Positions 19,340 to 29,530 of a stretch of DNA of 64,000 bases are shown here, one piece after another. Under the pieces are notes generated by a model. It searched no databases, was not told where the DNA came from, and worked only from the letters and a program-made list of their open reading frames with translations. Source of the stretch: an uncultured Holophagales bacterium. GTDB lineage: Bacteria; Acidobacteriota; Thermoanaerobaculia; Multivoradales; UBA5704. The DNA lies in NCBI GenBank assembly GCA_963842525.1, contig CAWJGT010000003.1, forward strand, positions 1,088,001 through 1,152,000. The letters run 5' to 3'. Each line of letters opens with the position of its first letter. Positions within the stretch are counted from its first letter, which is position 1. A program made the translations under genes and the position numbers.

Positions 19340-20533
19340 TCACGGTCCCCCGGGTTCCAACGACCCGGAGGCCGTGGCGAGCGGCGCCACGCCGATGCGC
19401 AGGTCGCCAGGACCATCGGCAGGCACCATCTGCGGGTTTTGGGGCTGTCCTTTCTCTCGGGAGACGGCTGCCGGTACCTCTCGCTTCAGGAGGTCGAAGA
19501 CCTCTTTGATCGTCGTCGGCTCGCCCTCTTTTTGGAGGGCCCGGATGAGAAAGTGAGTGAAATAACTGTTGTGCAGCGTATCGCTCTCGAAAGAACGCTC
19601 GGTAGCCCGGCTTGAAGTGACGACGTAGGTCCCCTCTCCAGAGAGGAAAAGCCGGGCCGTCTGCGGATCGATTCCGGCGGGCTCGAGGAAGAGGGCTTTC
19701 TCGCCCGGCCGTGGGGCTTGGCCGCTGAAGCAAGTATCGAGAAAGATGACCTTGCGGCGCGCCTTGAGGAAAGAGACTTGCCGTGAGAAACCCTCGTAAT
19801 CGAGAGCATCGAGCCACATGCTGTTGAGAGCGGTGTCATGGGTGACGATATAGCCGACTCCACCGAGACCGCGGCTGTCCTGACGAGGAGAACCGTGACT
19901 GCTTACATAAACGAAGACCAGATCGTCCTCCTGTGCCTTCAGGAAGATGTCCTGCAGCGCGTTCAGGATGTTGGCCCGCGTCGCTAGCTCGTTGGTTAGA
20001 AGTTTTACGTTCGCCGGATCGAAACGGCCGTAGCGAGGATCCGCGAGCACGATCGCGAGGTCCTGCGCATCCTTGGCGGCGAACTCGAGGGGAGTGATCT
20101 TGGCATCCTTGAACTGGCCGATGCCGACGATGAGCGCGTATTTCGAGCGTACGCGGCTCGGCAGGGGGACCGGTGCTGGCCGGGCGGCCGCTCCGTCTCC
20201 GGACGGGCAAGAGAGATCGGAAACGCTGTTAAAGAGGGCTCGGTCGCGATATATCCGCGCATCCTTGTCTTTGCCGAGCGCCTGCGCGCTGCAATAGGAA
20301 AGTTTCCAGGCCTCGCCGAGCGTCGAGCAGAGATTGCGGGCCGTGGTGAGCTTGCCGAGGAGCAACTCGTGGTCTGGATGGCCCGAGGCGTACAATTCCT
20401 GTACCTCGGTGACGATCGCTCGCGCCTGCGCGCAGGCCGGTGTCTCGGCTCTCGCGGCCGGTGAGATGGCCAGGAGAAGGGAGGAGACCAGAAGGCCTAT
20501 CGCGGGAGCAGCTCCGGTACGATTCCGGATCAC
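19340..20533 (-). CDS. Secreted caspase-family (peptidase C14) protein
   Basis: Signal peptide; KYALIVGI, YVSSHG (His), FLDTCFSG (Cys), SYFTHFLIRAL, QNPQ. Confidence 0.9.
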   Translation of the reverse strand: MIRNRTGAAPAIGLLVSSLLLAISPAARAETPACAQARAIVTEVQELYASGHPDHELLLGKLTTARNLCSTLGEAWKLSYCSAQALGKDKDARIYRDRALFNSVSDLSCPSGDGAAARPAPVPLPSRVRSKYALIVGIGQFKDAKITPLEFAAKDAQDLAIVLADPRYGRFDPANVKLLTNELATRANILNALQDIFLKAQEDDLVFVYVSSHGSPRQDSRGLGGVGYIVTHDTALNSMWLDALDYEGFSRQVSFLKARRKVIFLDTCFSGQAPRPGEKALFLEPAGIDPQTARLFLSGEGTYVVTSSRATERSFESDTLHNSYFTHFLIRALQKEGEPTTIKEVFDLLKREVPAAVSREKGQPQNPQMVPADGPGDLRIGVAPLATASGSLEPGGP

Positions 20534-21546
20534 GGCTGGGCTCCCCGCTCTCCGCTACCGCCGAGGAGGTCGGGGAACCGCGGATCGCGCCGGAGCTCTT
20601 CGAAGTCGGGCTCGCGGAGGAGACCGTCAATCACCTCCCGGCGTTCCTGGTTCGCGCGGGCCGGCAGGGTGCTCAGCGTCCTCTCGATGTGTTGAAAGGC
20701 CGCTTCGCGGTCGCCGCTCCGTGCCGCCAGGAGGCCGAGGTTGTAGTGGGCCAGCCAGTTCTCGGGATTGAGAGAGAGCGCCTTGTCGTAACAGGAACGG
20801 GCCTCGGCATCGCGTCTCAGGAGCCCGTACATGGCGCCCAGATTGGCCCAGGCCATGGCGTTCCCCGAATCGACCTCGGTCGCCCGTTGGAATGCTGAGA
20901 GGGCCTCCTCGTACTTGCCTGCCGCAGCGAAGGATCTGCCTTGGGAGACGCTGCGGTAGGACTCGTCGAGGCGGTCCGCGAGCTTTCCTTTAAATTTCTG
21001 AACTGCCTGGGGCGCCACCCGCTGGTCTTGGGTGAACCGGTCGAGCACGGCCTGCTCGTCGTGGGAGACCCTCCCGTCCTCATAGACGTTCCGCACGAGC
21101 AGCTCGAGGCGCTGCTGGATGTCCGGGGTCAGGGCCCGCGGCAGGTGGGCAATTAGGTTCCGCGAGGACGCCAGGACCCGCTGTCGCTGCTCATCCGTGA
21201 GCTGCATCTCAGCCTGGACGGACTGCGCGATCGTCTCGACATCCGAGGCTGTAGCCCCGCGCAAGGCGGCCTGGAAGCGCCCCGTCGCCCGCGAAAGGAG
21301 CTGAGCCTCCCGCTCGGCAGCACGGCGCTGGAGGTAGGAATGTGTGAGGTAGACGAGGCCGCTGGCCAGCACGACGATCACGGCAGCCGCGATGGCGACC
21401 GTTTTCCAGGCGACCTCTCGGACCGGAACCAGGGTGCGGTGGCATTCCTCACAGAACTCGGCGTGCCGGTCGACCTGTTTGCCGCGCATCGGGCAGGCGA
21501 CGTTTTCGCACCGCCGTCCAACCGTTACCAGGAAGAAGTGCAGCAT
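20530..21546 (-). CDS. Zn-ribbon + TM + TPR protein
   Basis: CENVAC...FCEECH, TM helix, TPRs (AWANLG, AHYNLG); GTGA overlap with the caspase gene. Confidence 0.8.
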   Translation of the reverse strand: MLHFFLVTVGRRCENVACPMRGKQVDRHAEFCEECHRTLVPVREVAWKTVAIAAAVIVVLASGLVYLTHSYLQRRAAEREAQLLSRATGRFQAALRGATASDVETIAQSVQAEMQLTDEQRQRVLASSRNLIAHLPRALTPDIQQRLELLVRNVYEDGRVSHDEQAVLDRFTQDQRVAPQAVQKFKGKLADRLDESYRSVSQGRSFAAAGKYEEALSAFQRATEVDSGNAMAWANLGAMYGLLRRDAEARSCYDKALSLNPENWLAHYNLGLLAARSGDREAAFQHIERTLSTLPARANQERREVIDGLLREPDFEELRRDPRFPDLLGGSGERGAQP

Positions 21547-21644
21547 GGGAAAGATCCTCTGCGGAGGCGTCGTCCGCGGTTTTCCGGTAAGACACGAAGG
21601 AATCAGAGAAGGTTTAGGTGAGGCCAAGCTCCATGGTGGGTGGC

Positions 21645-21757
21645 CTTCTTCCTTCGTCGCGACCATGATCCAGGCCTCGACGCCGACCGAGCTGCGCGGC
21701 CGGGTGATGGGCCTGCTCGGCACTCTGAGCGGCGGCCTGATGCCAATCGGTATGGCC
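21645..21757 (+). pseudogene. MFS transporter fragment (TM10-11)
   Basis: TMIQASTPTELRGRVMGLLGTLSGGLMPIGMA, the typical P-x-E-L-R-G-R-V loop. Confidence 0.7.
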
Positions 21758-22135
21758 CGGGGACAGGGGGTGAGGTCCTTTCTCGCAACCCCCCGGCCCT
21801 CCTTCGCGTACAATTCCGGTATGAATGCTGCTCGTCGCACCCTCGGCTGCTGGATCTTCTCGGCATTCCTCGAGCGGGGCTGCGATCCCACCACGGCGCG
21901 CATCCCGCGGCCGGTGCGCAGGGTCCGGTGGCTCACGCAGAGCGAGCTCGCGGAGCTCAACCCCTTCGCCGGCCGGCTCGTGCCGCAGACCAACTTGCGG
22001 CGGATGCCCGGACCCCGGAGGCGGTCCCGCTGGGCTGCCATCCTGTGACATGGCGGTCCTTGACACCCCTTTGCCCGGGCCATACGCTCTAACCGGCTTC
22101 TCTTCCAACCCTTTGCAGGAGCGCGAGGTCGGACC

Positions 22136-22918
22136 ATGGGTCTCAAAGAAGTCCTGAGCAAGATGAAGATCGTGGAGATGGACGAGTCCCCGCCGTCGCT
22201 GCTCGACGTGCCCGCGCGCCCGTCCTCCGGCGCAGGTCCAATGTCCGGCTCCGGCGGATCGACCGACATCCGGGACCTCCTGGGAACGCTACCGCCGCCC
22301 AAGGAGATCGACGAGGAGGTGCTCGCCCAGGAGGCGGCGAAGGCCGGCCCGGCCGAAGAGGGCGGCGAGGTCGCCGCGATCCCGGACTTTCCCGCGGTCT
22401 ACCAGGCCGCCGGCCTCACCGATCCGCAGCACGGCTACACCGCCTACAAGGTGCTGGAGATCCTCAATTCGTCGGACTTCGCCAACCTCGACTCCAAGGC
22501 CAAGGCCGCGGCGCTCACCGGCTTCCTCAAGATGAACCCCGCGGGGCCCGTGCCGATCGTCGACGTAGTGCAGGACGCGGTGCGCCGCGACCAGGCGCTC
22601 GACAAGTTCGAGGAGCTCCTGCGCAAGAAGCTGCGCGCGCGCACCGAGCAGATCGAAGGGGACAACCGCCGGCTCCAGGCCGAGATCGACGAGCTCGCCC
22701 GCAGCAACCGCGAAAAGATGGATGCCAACCGCAAGGAGATCGCCGGCGAGGAGGAGCGCTTCGCCCGCTGGCAGGTCACCAAGCGGATCGAGGAGCGCAA
22801 GCTGTTCGACGCCGTGTCGCCGTTCGTCGAGGCCAATCCGATCTCGACGGGCGAGGCCAGAACCCCTGCGCCGGAGCCCCCGAAGCCGCAGGACGAGACC
22901 CAGGGGACTCAGGGCTAG
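22136..22918 (+). CDS. Alpha-helical/coiled-coil hypothetical protein, first gene of the pspA-AAA operon
   Basis: Strong GC3 bias, RBS, C-terminal coiled coil. Confidence 0.8.
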   Translation: MGLKEVLSKMKIVEMDESPPSLLDVPARPSSGAGPMSGSGGSTDIRDLLGTLPPPKEIDEEVLAQEAAKAGPAEEGGEVAAIPDFPAVYQAAGLTDPQHGYTAYKVLEILNSSDFANLDSKAKAAALTGFLKMNPAGPVPIVDVVQDAVRRDQALDKFEELLRKKLRARTEQIEGDNRRLQAEIDELARSNREKMDANRKEIAGEEERFARWQVTKRIEERKLFDAVSPFVEANPISTGEARTPAPEPPKPQDETQGTQG

Positions 22919-22936
22919 CCTGCCCAGGAGAGAGCC

Positions 22937-23693
22937 ATGTTCCAGCGGATCATCCGTGTCTTCAAATCGTGGATCGGCTATTTCATCTCCTTCGCCGAGG
23001 ACCCGGAAGTGATGCTCCAGGAGTCCATCGAGGAGATGCGCAACACCCTGCCGAGGCTCAACCAGATCCTGGTCACCACCCGCGCCACCGTGCTGCGGCT
23101 GGAGCAGGAGAAGGACGAGCTGCAGCACAAGGAGAAGCAGCTCATCAACTCGATCAAGGCCGCCCTCTCCGAAGGGAGCCCCGAGTCGCGGCGCATCGCC
23201 GAAGACGACGCCGCGACCCTCCAGCAGGTGCGCCAGGAGCTGACCGCCACCGACGAGCAGCTCATGGCGGGCCGCAACGCCTTCCAGAACGCCCAGCTCA
23301 CGGTCGAGGACATCAAGACCAAGCTGAAGGCCCGGATCGAGCAGAGCCGCAAGGCCATCCAGGAATCGCGCAAGGCGGCCGTCCTCAAGAGCGCCGCCAG
23401 CGCCCTGAGCGAAGCTCGACCAGTACGGTACCGCCGCCACCGCCGACAAGTACCTGGACGAGATCAAGCAGCGCGTCGTCGAGGCCAAGGCCTCCGTCGA
23501 AGTGGCCACCGGCGGCCTCGACGTCGACCGGATCAAGACCGAGCGCAAGGCGCGCCAGCTCCAGGCCCAGGGCATCCTCAACGAGTTCGAGGTGGAGATG
23601 GGGCTCAAGAAGCCCGACGCCGTCAAGGAAGCCGCCCCATTCCCGACCGGCGGCGCCACCGAGGCAGCGGCGCAGAAGGTGCCGGAGCATTGA
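22937..23693 (+). CDS. pspA: PspA/IM30 family protein (frameshift ~23412)
   Basis: MFQRIIRVFKS...AEDPEVMLQESIEEMR, long coiled coil; continues ELDQYGTAATADKYLDEIKQR...ILNEFEVEMGL. Confidence 0.85.
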
Positions 23694-23844
23694 GCCCTCA
23701 CCCCCCTGGCCCCCCTCTCCCATCCTCACTCCCTTCCCCCGGGAGAGGGGGGAAAGAGAGGTCCATATTCGGATCGCTGGATGGAAGCTCCCCTCTCCCG
23801 GGGGCCCGGGCGTGAGGATGGGAGAGGGGCCGGGGGTGAGGGGC
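23694..23844. repeat. REP-like nested hairpin (family A)
   Basis: CCCTCACCCCC...CCCTCTCCC / GGGAGAGGGG...GGGGGTGAGGG inverted arms; related copies at 32550-32710 and 46631-46794. Confidence 0.8.
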
Positions 23845-23883
23845 CTCCGGGCGGCGCATCCTTTTCGAGAGAGCCACTGAGCC

Positions 23884-25642
23884 ATGACCGTCGCCCCCGT
23901 CTCCCCGGCCGTCTTCCTGGAATCGCTTCCGCCCTGGGGCGCGGAGCTCGTCCGCTCGGTGCGCTCCAAGCGGGCGAACACCTTCGTCATCCACGGCGTG
24001 CCGGCCGACCTGGTGCCGGTGCGCAATTCCGGGGGGCTCCGCTTCCTGTCGCTGGACGACTTCCTGTTCACCCAGCTCTTCACCGGCTGGCAATCGGTCG
24101 TCACCTACAACCGGGCCGAGGGGTTGGGCTTTGCCACAACAGCGGCGCGCTCGCATTTCCAGGAGCGGATGCGGTCTTACGACTCCGTCCATGGCACCAC
24201 CTGGGCCGACGCCCTGCCGCGCGACGCCCCCAACTGCTTCGGGCTGCTCGACTCCTACTTCCGGCACTGCACCGCCCAGTCGCCGGTCCGTCCGGTTGTC
24301 CTTCTCCTGCCCTTCGCGGAGACCATCGTCCCGGCCGGCGACGCGAGTTACCGCTCCGGCGAGGACCGCACCGTCCTGGTCTACCTGCGCAAGTGGTCGC
24401 AGGACCCGGTGCTCCTCGCCAAGAACATCGTCATCGTCCTGGTGACCGAGAGCCTGGCCGAGCTCGACCCCAAGCTCCTGCGCTCGCACGCCACGCAGGA
24501 GATCGAGATCGTCCGTCCCGACCAGCCCGAGCGGCTCGCCTACCTCGAAGCCGTGCGCGCCCCGGAGTGGTACGCCAGGATGTCCGAGCTGCCGCCGCCG
24601 CGCCTCGCCGAGCTGACCGCCGGCATGACGCGCGTCCAGCTCGGCCAGATCCTCGACGGCGCCGACGCCGACGGCAAGCCCCTGACGCGCCACCACGTCC
24701 GCGAGGTCAAGAAAGAGGTCATCGAGACCGAAGGGCTGGGCCTGCTGGAGTACGTCGAGCCGAAGTACGACCTCTCCATGGTGGCAGGCATGCCCGCGGT
24801 CAAGGACCGCCTGCGCCGCGCCGCCCGGGCCATCGCGCGGGGCAACCCGTCGGCGGTGCCCATGGGCTATCTCGTCTGCGGCCCGGTGGGGAGCGCCAAG
24901 ACCTTCCTGGTGGAGTGCTTCGCGCGGGAGATCGGCTTTCCCTGCGTCAAGCTCAAGAACTTCCGCTCCATGTGGGTGGGCTCGACCGAGTCGAACCTCG
25001 AGCGCATCTTGAAGATCCTCGCCTCGCTGACGCCGGTGGGCGTCGTGATCGACGAGGCCGACGCCGCGCTCGGCAACCGCGAGCAGCAAGGGGATTCGGG
25101 CACTCAGAACCGGGTTTTCGCCCAGATCGCCTCCTTCATGGGAGACACCAGGAATCGCGGCAAGATCCTCTGGTTCCTGATCACCGCGCGTCCCGACCTG
25201 CTGCCTATCGACCTCAAGCGCCAGGGCCGTGCCGAAGAGCACATCCCGCTTTTCTATCCGGAGACGGTGGGGGAGTACGACGAGATCTACCAGGTCATGC
25301 TCAAGAAGCTGGGGATCAAGACCACCGGTGGCCAAGCTCTCGGACGTCGCCACAGAAGACCAGTTCCTCGGCATGTCGGGCTCGGACTTGGAGGCCGTCC
25401 TGGTGCGCGCCACACTGGAAGCAGAAGCGGCCGAGTCGGCCGAGCTCCTCCCCGAGCACCTGAAGAAGGCCCTCGCCGACTTCATCCCCCCGGCCAACTC
25501 CCGCGAGCGCGAGATGCAGATCCTCTGCGCCGTCCAGGAGTCCACCAGCCGCGAGCTCCTCCCCGAGCGCTACCGCACCATGGACCGCGCCGCAGTCCAG
25601 GCCAGGATCTGGGAGATCAAGCGCGAGCTGCGGATGTTGTAG
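23884..25642 (+). CDS. AAA+ ATPase with an inactive N-terminal AAA-like domain (frameshift ~25327)
   Basis: Walker [10 protein letters not shown], Walker [16 protein letters not shown] pore loop, LKRQGR arginine finger; shifted tail [10 protein letters not shown]. Confidence 0.9.
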
Positions 25643-25683
25643 CCGGATAGAATTCCTGCGTATTCTGATTTCCATCTGCCGCC

Positions 25684-26478
25684 ATGACGCCCCGGAAGCC
25701 ACTGATTCCTCCCCCGTCCGTCCGCCTCCCGACCCGGACGATGGCGCCGCACGTGCGGATGGCCGCCGCTCAGGCCAAACTGGCGGCTCCGCCCTCATCG
25801 CACGGCTCGACACCCCATGTGCAGGCCGCTGTTGCCCAGGCGAGGCTGCCGTCCCCGCCGGCGGCCACGGTTCATCCCCCTGCTCCTCAGGGACGAGTCG
25901 CCGCGGTGCCGAGCCCGCTGAAGGCGTCCGTGATCCTGAGGATGCAAGAAGAAACCAAGAGAGTGCAACCGACGCGCGTGACACGGATGGTCGCCTCCCA
26001 GGTGGACACGGCATTCTCAACCCTGGCCTCCGCTTGGAAAAAGCAGATCAAGGCCGGCTCCCACAACTCTTCGGTCGATCTGACGAGCAGCGGCAAACAC
26101 AGTTGCGCTGCGCGCCTGACATACCGGATCGGCTATGCGGCTCCCGACGCCATTGAAGGGACTTTTGATTCGGACGGCTGTCACGCGGAAATGAGTGCTT
26201 TGCAGAACTACGCGAAGCTGGGCAAACCAGGCATTTTCGAGCTCATGCAGATCGAGACGCAGCCCTGCCCTCGATGCGCGGTGGTGCTCAACCGGCTGGG
26301 CCTAGCCGCGGGAGTTTACTATAAGGACTCCGGCGGCTATAAAGATTATCCCACTTGGCGTTTTCCGGAAATCGGGGTGAACTGGGCGGTGGTTATGGGC
26401 GTAGCGGATGTCGCCAGCCACGAACAGGATCAAAAGGAGCTACTCGGCAAATTCGCTAGCTCAAAATGGTGGTCGTGA
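25684..26478 (+). CDS. Pro/Ala-rich N-terminus plus Zn-dependent deaminase-fold domain (putative effector)
   Basis: CHAEMSAL (HxE) and QPCPRC (PCxxC). Confidence 0.7.
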   Translation: MTPRKPLIPPPSVRLPTRTMAPHVRMAAAQAKLAAPPSSHGSTPHVQAAVAQARLPSPPAATVHPPAPQGRVAAVPSPLKASVILRMQEETKRVQPTRVTRMVASQVDTAFSTLASAWKKQIKAGSHNSSVDLTSSGKHSCAARLTYRIGYAAPDAIEGTFDSDGCHAEMSALQNYAKLGKPGIFELMQIETQPCPRCAVVLNRLGLAAGVYYKDSGGYKDYPTWRFPEIGVNWAVVMGVADVASHEQDQKELLGKFASSKWWS

Positions 26479-26832
26479 GCGGCTCAACCAGCTGGAGCGC
26501 TCCGACTGGCCTCAGCTGGAGCGCTGGGCGCGATATGATGATCGCGATTCTCTTGCTGCGATTGACGGGTGTGATTCGCCAGGGCGATCCAACAGTCCAT
26601 TTTCTTTGGCCTTGGCTCTTCGCGGTCGGTATTCATCCGGTCGGCGCCTGCTTCGCTACGGGTGCCAGCCACGCCAGCCACGGAGCGCCAGCCGAAGATG
26701 CTGTGGGTGGGGAGACTCTCCCTGTTTGCCGGCCAGGTGTTTCCGGCACCAAGGGGGAAATTGTGGCAAAGAAGAACGATGCTGCTGTCTTTCCGCTCGG
26801 GCGCTGGTAGGATTTCTGGCGGAGAGATTCGC

Positions 26833-27027
26833 ATGACGAAGCGAGAGCTGTTGATCCGCCAGATCGAAGAGGCTCCCGAGCCTGTTCTCGACGAGATTCA
26901 GGAAGCTATGGATCTACTGAAGAGAGTGCCCCCAGGGGAGGGTCGGCAGACGGCTGTTGCGAGCGAGGCCGTGCTCGCAAGGGACTGGCTCCGGCCCGAG
27001 GAGGACGACGCTTGGCGCGACCTGTGA
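26833..27027 (+). CDS. DUF2281-like antitoxin
   Basis: ASEAVLARDWLRPEEDDAWRDL; overlaps the MazF gene. Confidence 0.85.
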   Translation: MTKRELLIRQIEEAPEPVLDEIQEAMDLLKRVPPGEGRQTAVASEAVLARDWLRPEEDDAWRDL

Positions 27028-27344
27028 AGGGGGATGTGGTCGTCGTTCCGTTTCCATACTCAGATCTTCGCGAGACCAAGCGACGTCCTGCCTTGGTTGT
27101 CACTCCTCTCCAGGGAGATGACTTGATCCTCTGCCAGATCACCAGCCGCGCTGCTGAAGATCGGTATTCGGTGTCTTTGGAAGAGTCTGACTTCGCCGAA
27201 GGCAGCCTCAGACAGGTGAGCAACATCCGCCCCAACCGGATCTTCACCGCGGACCGGGCCCTTGTCCTCTATCGAATCGGCTCGATCCGCAGAGGCAAAC
27301 TCGATGAGGTCATCGAACGAGTCGTCGAGATCCTCCGGAGCTGA
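27012..27344 (+). CDS. mazF: PemK/MazF family toxin
   Basis: KGDVVVVPFPYSD...KRRPALVV...CQITS. Confidence 0.9.
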   Translation: MARPVKGDVVVVPFPYSDLRETKRRPALVVTPLQGDDLILCQITSRAAEDRYSVSLEESDFAEGSLRQVSNIRPNRIFTADRALVLYRIGSIRRGKLDEVIERVVEILRS

Positions 27345-27420
27345 GCCCAGATGCGCAAATAGCCCGCAGGGCCTGCGGGATCACGGCGATGTGACGGCTC
27401 CGGTCGGATAGAATGCCCGC

Positions 27421-28254
27421 GTGCTCCGCCGCATCCTTCGCCTCGTCCTTTTCATCGCCCTTCTCCTGACGGCCGTCGTCCTCGCCTTCTGGTTCTTCGG
27501 CCCGCAGCCCTCCAACGACCGCGACTGGACGCCGGACCAGGAGCGCCTTCCCTGGGCGGAATTCTCGGGGCGCCGGGTGGGGGTCCACAACGTCCGCTAC
27601 TTCCGCTATCGGTCGGTCGCCGACTACGACGTCGCCTGGGAGGACCGCTCCTACGACCTCGACCGCCTGCGGTCGGCCTGGTTCCTGGTCGAGCCCTTCG
27701 AACGCGATTGGGACGGGCCGGCTCATACCCTGATGAGCTTCGGGTTCGAGGGGGACGAATACCTCGCGATCTCGGCCGAGATCCGCAAGGAAAAAGGCGA
27801 GGAGTTCTCGCCCTTGAAGGGACTGCTCCGCCAGTACGAGATCATGTACGTGGTCGGCGACGAGCGGGACCTGATCCAGCTCCGGACGAATCACCGCCGC
27901 GATCCGGTCTACCTCTATCCGGTGCGGGCGTCGCGCGAGCGGATCGAGCAGATGTTCGTGGGCATGCTCCGCCGGGCCAATCGTCTGCGGGAGGAGCCCG
28001 AGCACTACAACACCCTGACGAACACCTGCACGACGAACATCGTCCGCCACGTCAACGAGCTCGTCCCGGGGCGGGTCCCCTGGAGCTACAAGGTCCTGCT
28101 CCCCGGCTATTCGGACGAGCTGGCCTACGGGCTGGGCCTGATCGACACCGACCTGCCGTTCTCCGCCGCGAAGCGCCGCTTCCGGATCGACGACGACGCC
28201 CTCCGCGCCGCAGGACGCGAGGACTTTTCGCGGCAGATCCGGCGAGGGCTCTAG
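27421..28254 (+). CDS. DUF4105 (Lnb-like) protein
   Basis: PSNDRDW, AHTLMSFGF, YNTLTNTCTTN. Confidence 0.85.
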   Translation: MLRRILRLVLFIALLLTAVVLAFWFFGPQPSNDRDWTPDQERLPWAEFSGRRVGVHNVRYFRYRSVADYDVAWEDRSYDLDRLRSAWFLVEPFERDWDGPAHTLMSFGFEGDEYLAISAEIRKEKGEEFSPLKGLLRQYEIMYVVGDERDLIQLRTNHRRDPVYLYPVRASRERIEQMFVGMLRRANRLREEPEHYNTLTNTCTTNIVRHVNELVPGRVPWSYKVLLPGYSDELAYGLGLIDTDLPFSAAKRRFRIDDDALRAAGREDFSRQIRRGL

Positions 28255-28419
28255 CGCTCCAGGACATTGGCGAGCTCCTGTGCGGCAACGGCCCTTGATC
28301 GCGATGGAAGGACTCCCGCTCTGCATGGAAGGCTTCTTCCTTCCTGGAGTGCTCGATCTGCGCCGCGAGCCCGGCGATCCACCCTGCAACAGACTGGCTG
28401 CGGCTCATCTTTCCTCCCC

Positions 28420-29060
28420 GAGAGTCGTCGCAATGTCACCCATGCATGCACCCGGAGCATCCCACAGTGTCGCAACGTGTGGCGACCGCGCCACTGCGGG
28501 GCTCACTCTGTCGCAAAGAACCTCACGCTGCGACAGTGTCCCTTTAGACGGAAAATCTGCCCACGGCGCTCCGCGAGCCGTACCGTGGCTTTGTCGCACT
28601 GTGAGCCCGCGAGCGCCCAGGTCGTGGAGAGGATGCGACACTCCCCTGAAGCGCCGCGACAATGCTGCCATGCAGCGTGACAGAGCACAGAGGAATTGCA
28701 ACAGTGCCTGCCGAGTTGCGACAAAGTAGGAGCGCTCCGCAGCAGATCTCAACGGCTTCGACACAGTGTTCGGACACCCTGCAGCAGATCCTCGAGAACT
28801 CTGCAACAAAGAGGCGACACGCCGGAACAAAAGCTCGAAGCTTCGTGACGGAGAGTCGACACAATGCAACAAAGCCTCCAGGCTCGCGCTCTGATGAGGA
28901 GACATTGCGCCGATGCACGCTCACACCGTTGCAGAGGAAGGAGCCCCTGCGACAGTGTGAGCGTACACTGCGACAGTGTCAGGTGACACTGCAACAATGC
29001 ATGAAAATCTGCGACGCATTGCCGAGTCAGCGCGACAAGGAGAGCAGCGCTGCGACAAGT
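28420..29060. repeat. Degenerate ~21-bp periodic array with TGCGACA-like core
   Basis: Cores at 28634, 28655, 28676, 28697, 28717, 28802, 28823, 28844, 28865, 28948, 28969, 28990, 29010, 29031, 29051. Confidence 0.65.
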
Positions 29061-29530
29061 GGGAGCGCAGGCGTACCGTCCCAAGTTGTCCCGTCTTGCG
29101 CCTCAATCGACAGCCGGGGGCGGCCGGCATCTTGATGCTTCTCGTCTTGGGCACCGAGGCCGAGCATCGCTCCGCCGCGTGTGCCGACACGAGCCTGATC
29201 ACGCCATATCGCGGCGTAGAACACGCCGGAGATCACCCGCCCAAGCGCACCGATCTTGCGGAGAGAAATGGGGATAGGTCTGCTCTTGCGTGCGGACGTT
29301 CGGAACCTTATCTGGTCGCCAGAGACGTCCAAGCGCGATCCGGTGTGCCTTATCGTCCTCCGCAGGTCGCGTTGACTCCTGCCGGAGCGAGGGGGTATGC
29401 TGCCTAAGTTGAGGAACGAGAAGGCGTTGAAGGAAAGGCGCGAAGAAAGGCGCTCCGTCTTCTACGGCGCGTAGAAGCCCTAGAGAGGATCGCTGAGTAA
29501 GGCGTTAGCTGGCGAGACTGAGCACGAATT

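Noticed and set aside
21547-22302. 250-aa N-terminal extension of the TPR ORF
   Set aside because: Overlaps the MFS remnant and the next plus-strand gene; composition is not protein-like, so the start was set at 21546
23400-25340. Programmed frameshifting in pspA or the AAA gene
   Set aside because: No slippery heptamers, and similar indels occur throughout the window
26466-26810. ORF after the deaminase as an immunity gene
   Set aside because: Sequence does not look protein-like and has no clear RBS or family signal; cannot be supported
28420-29060. Possible CRISPR array (also 53692-53901)
   Set aside because: Period of 21 bp with 7-12 bp degenerate cores, no 23-47 bp repeat with unique spacers, and no cas genes
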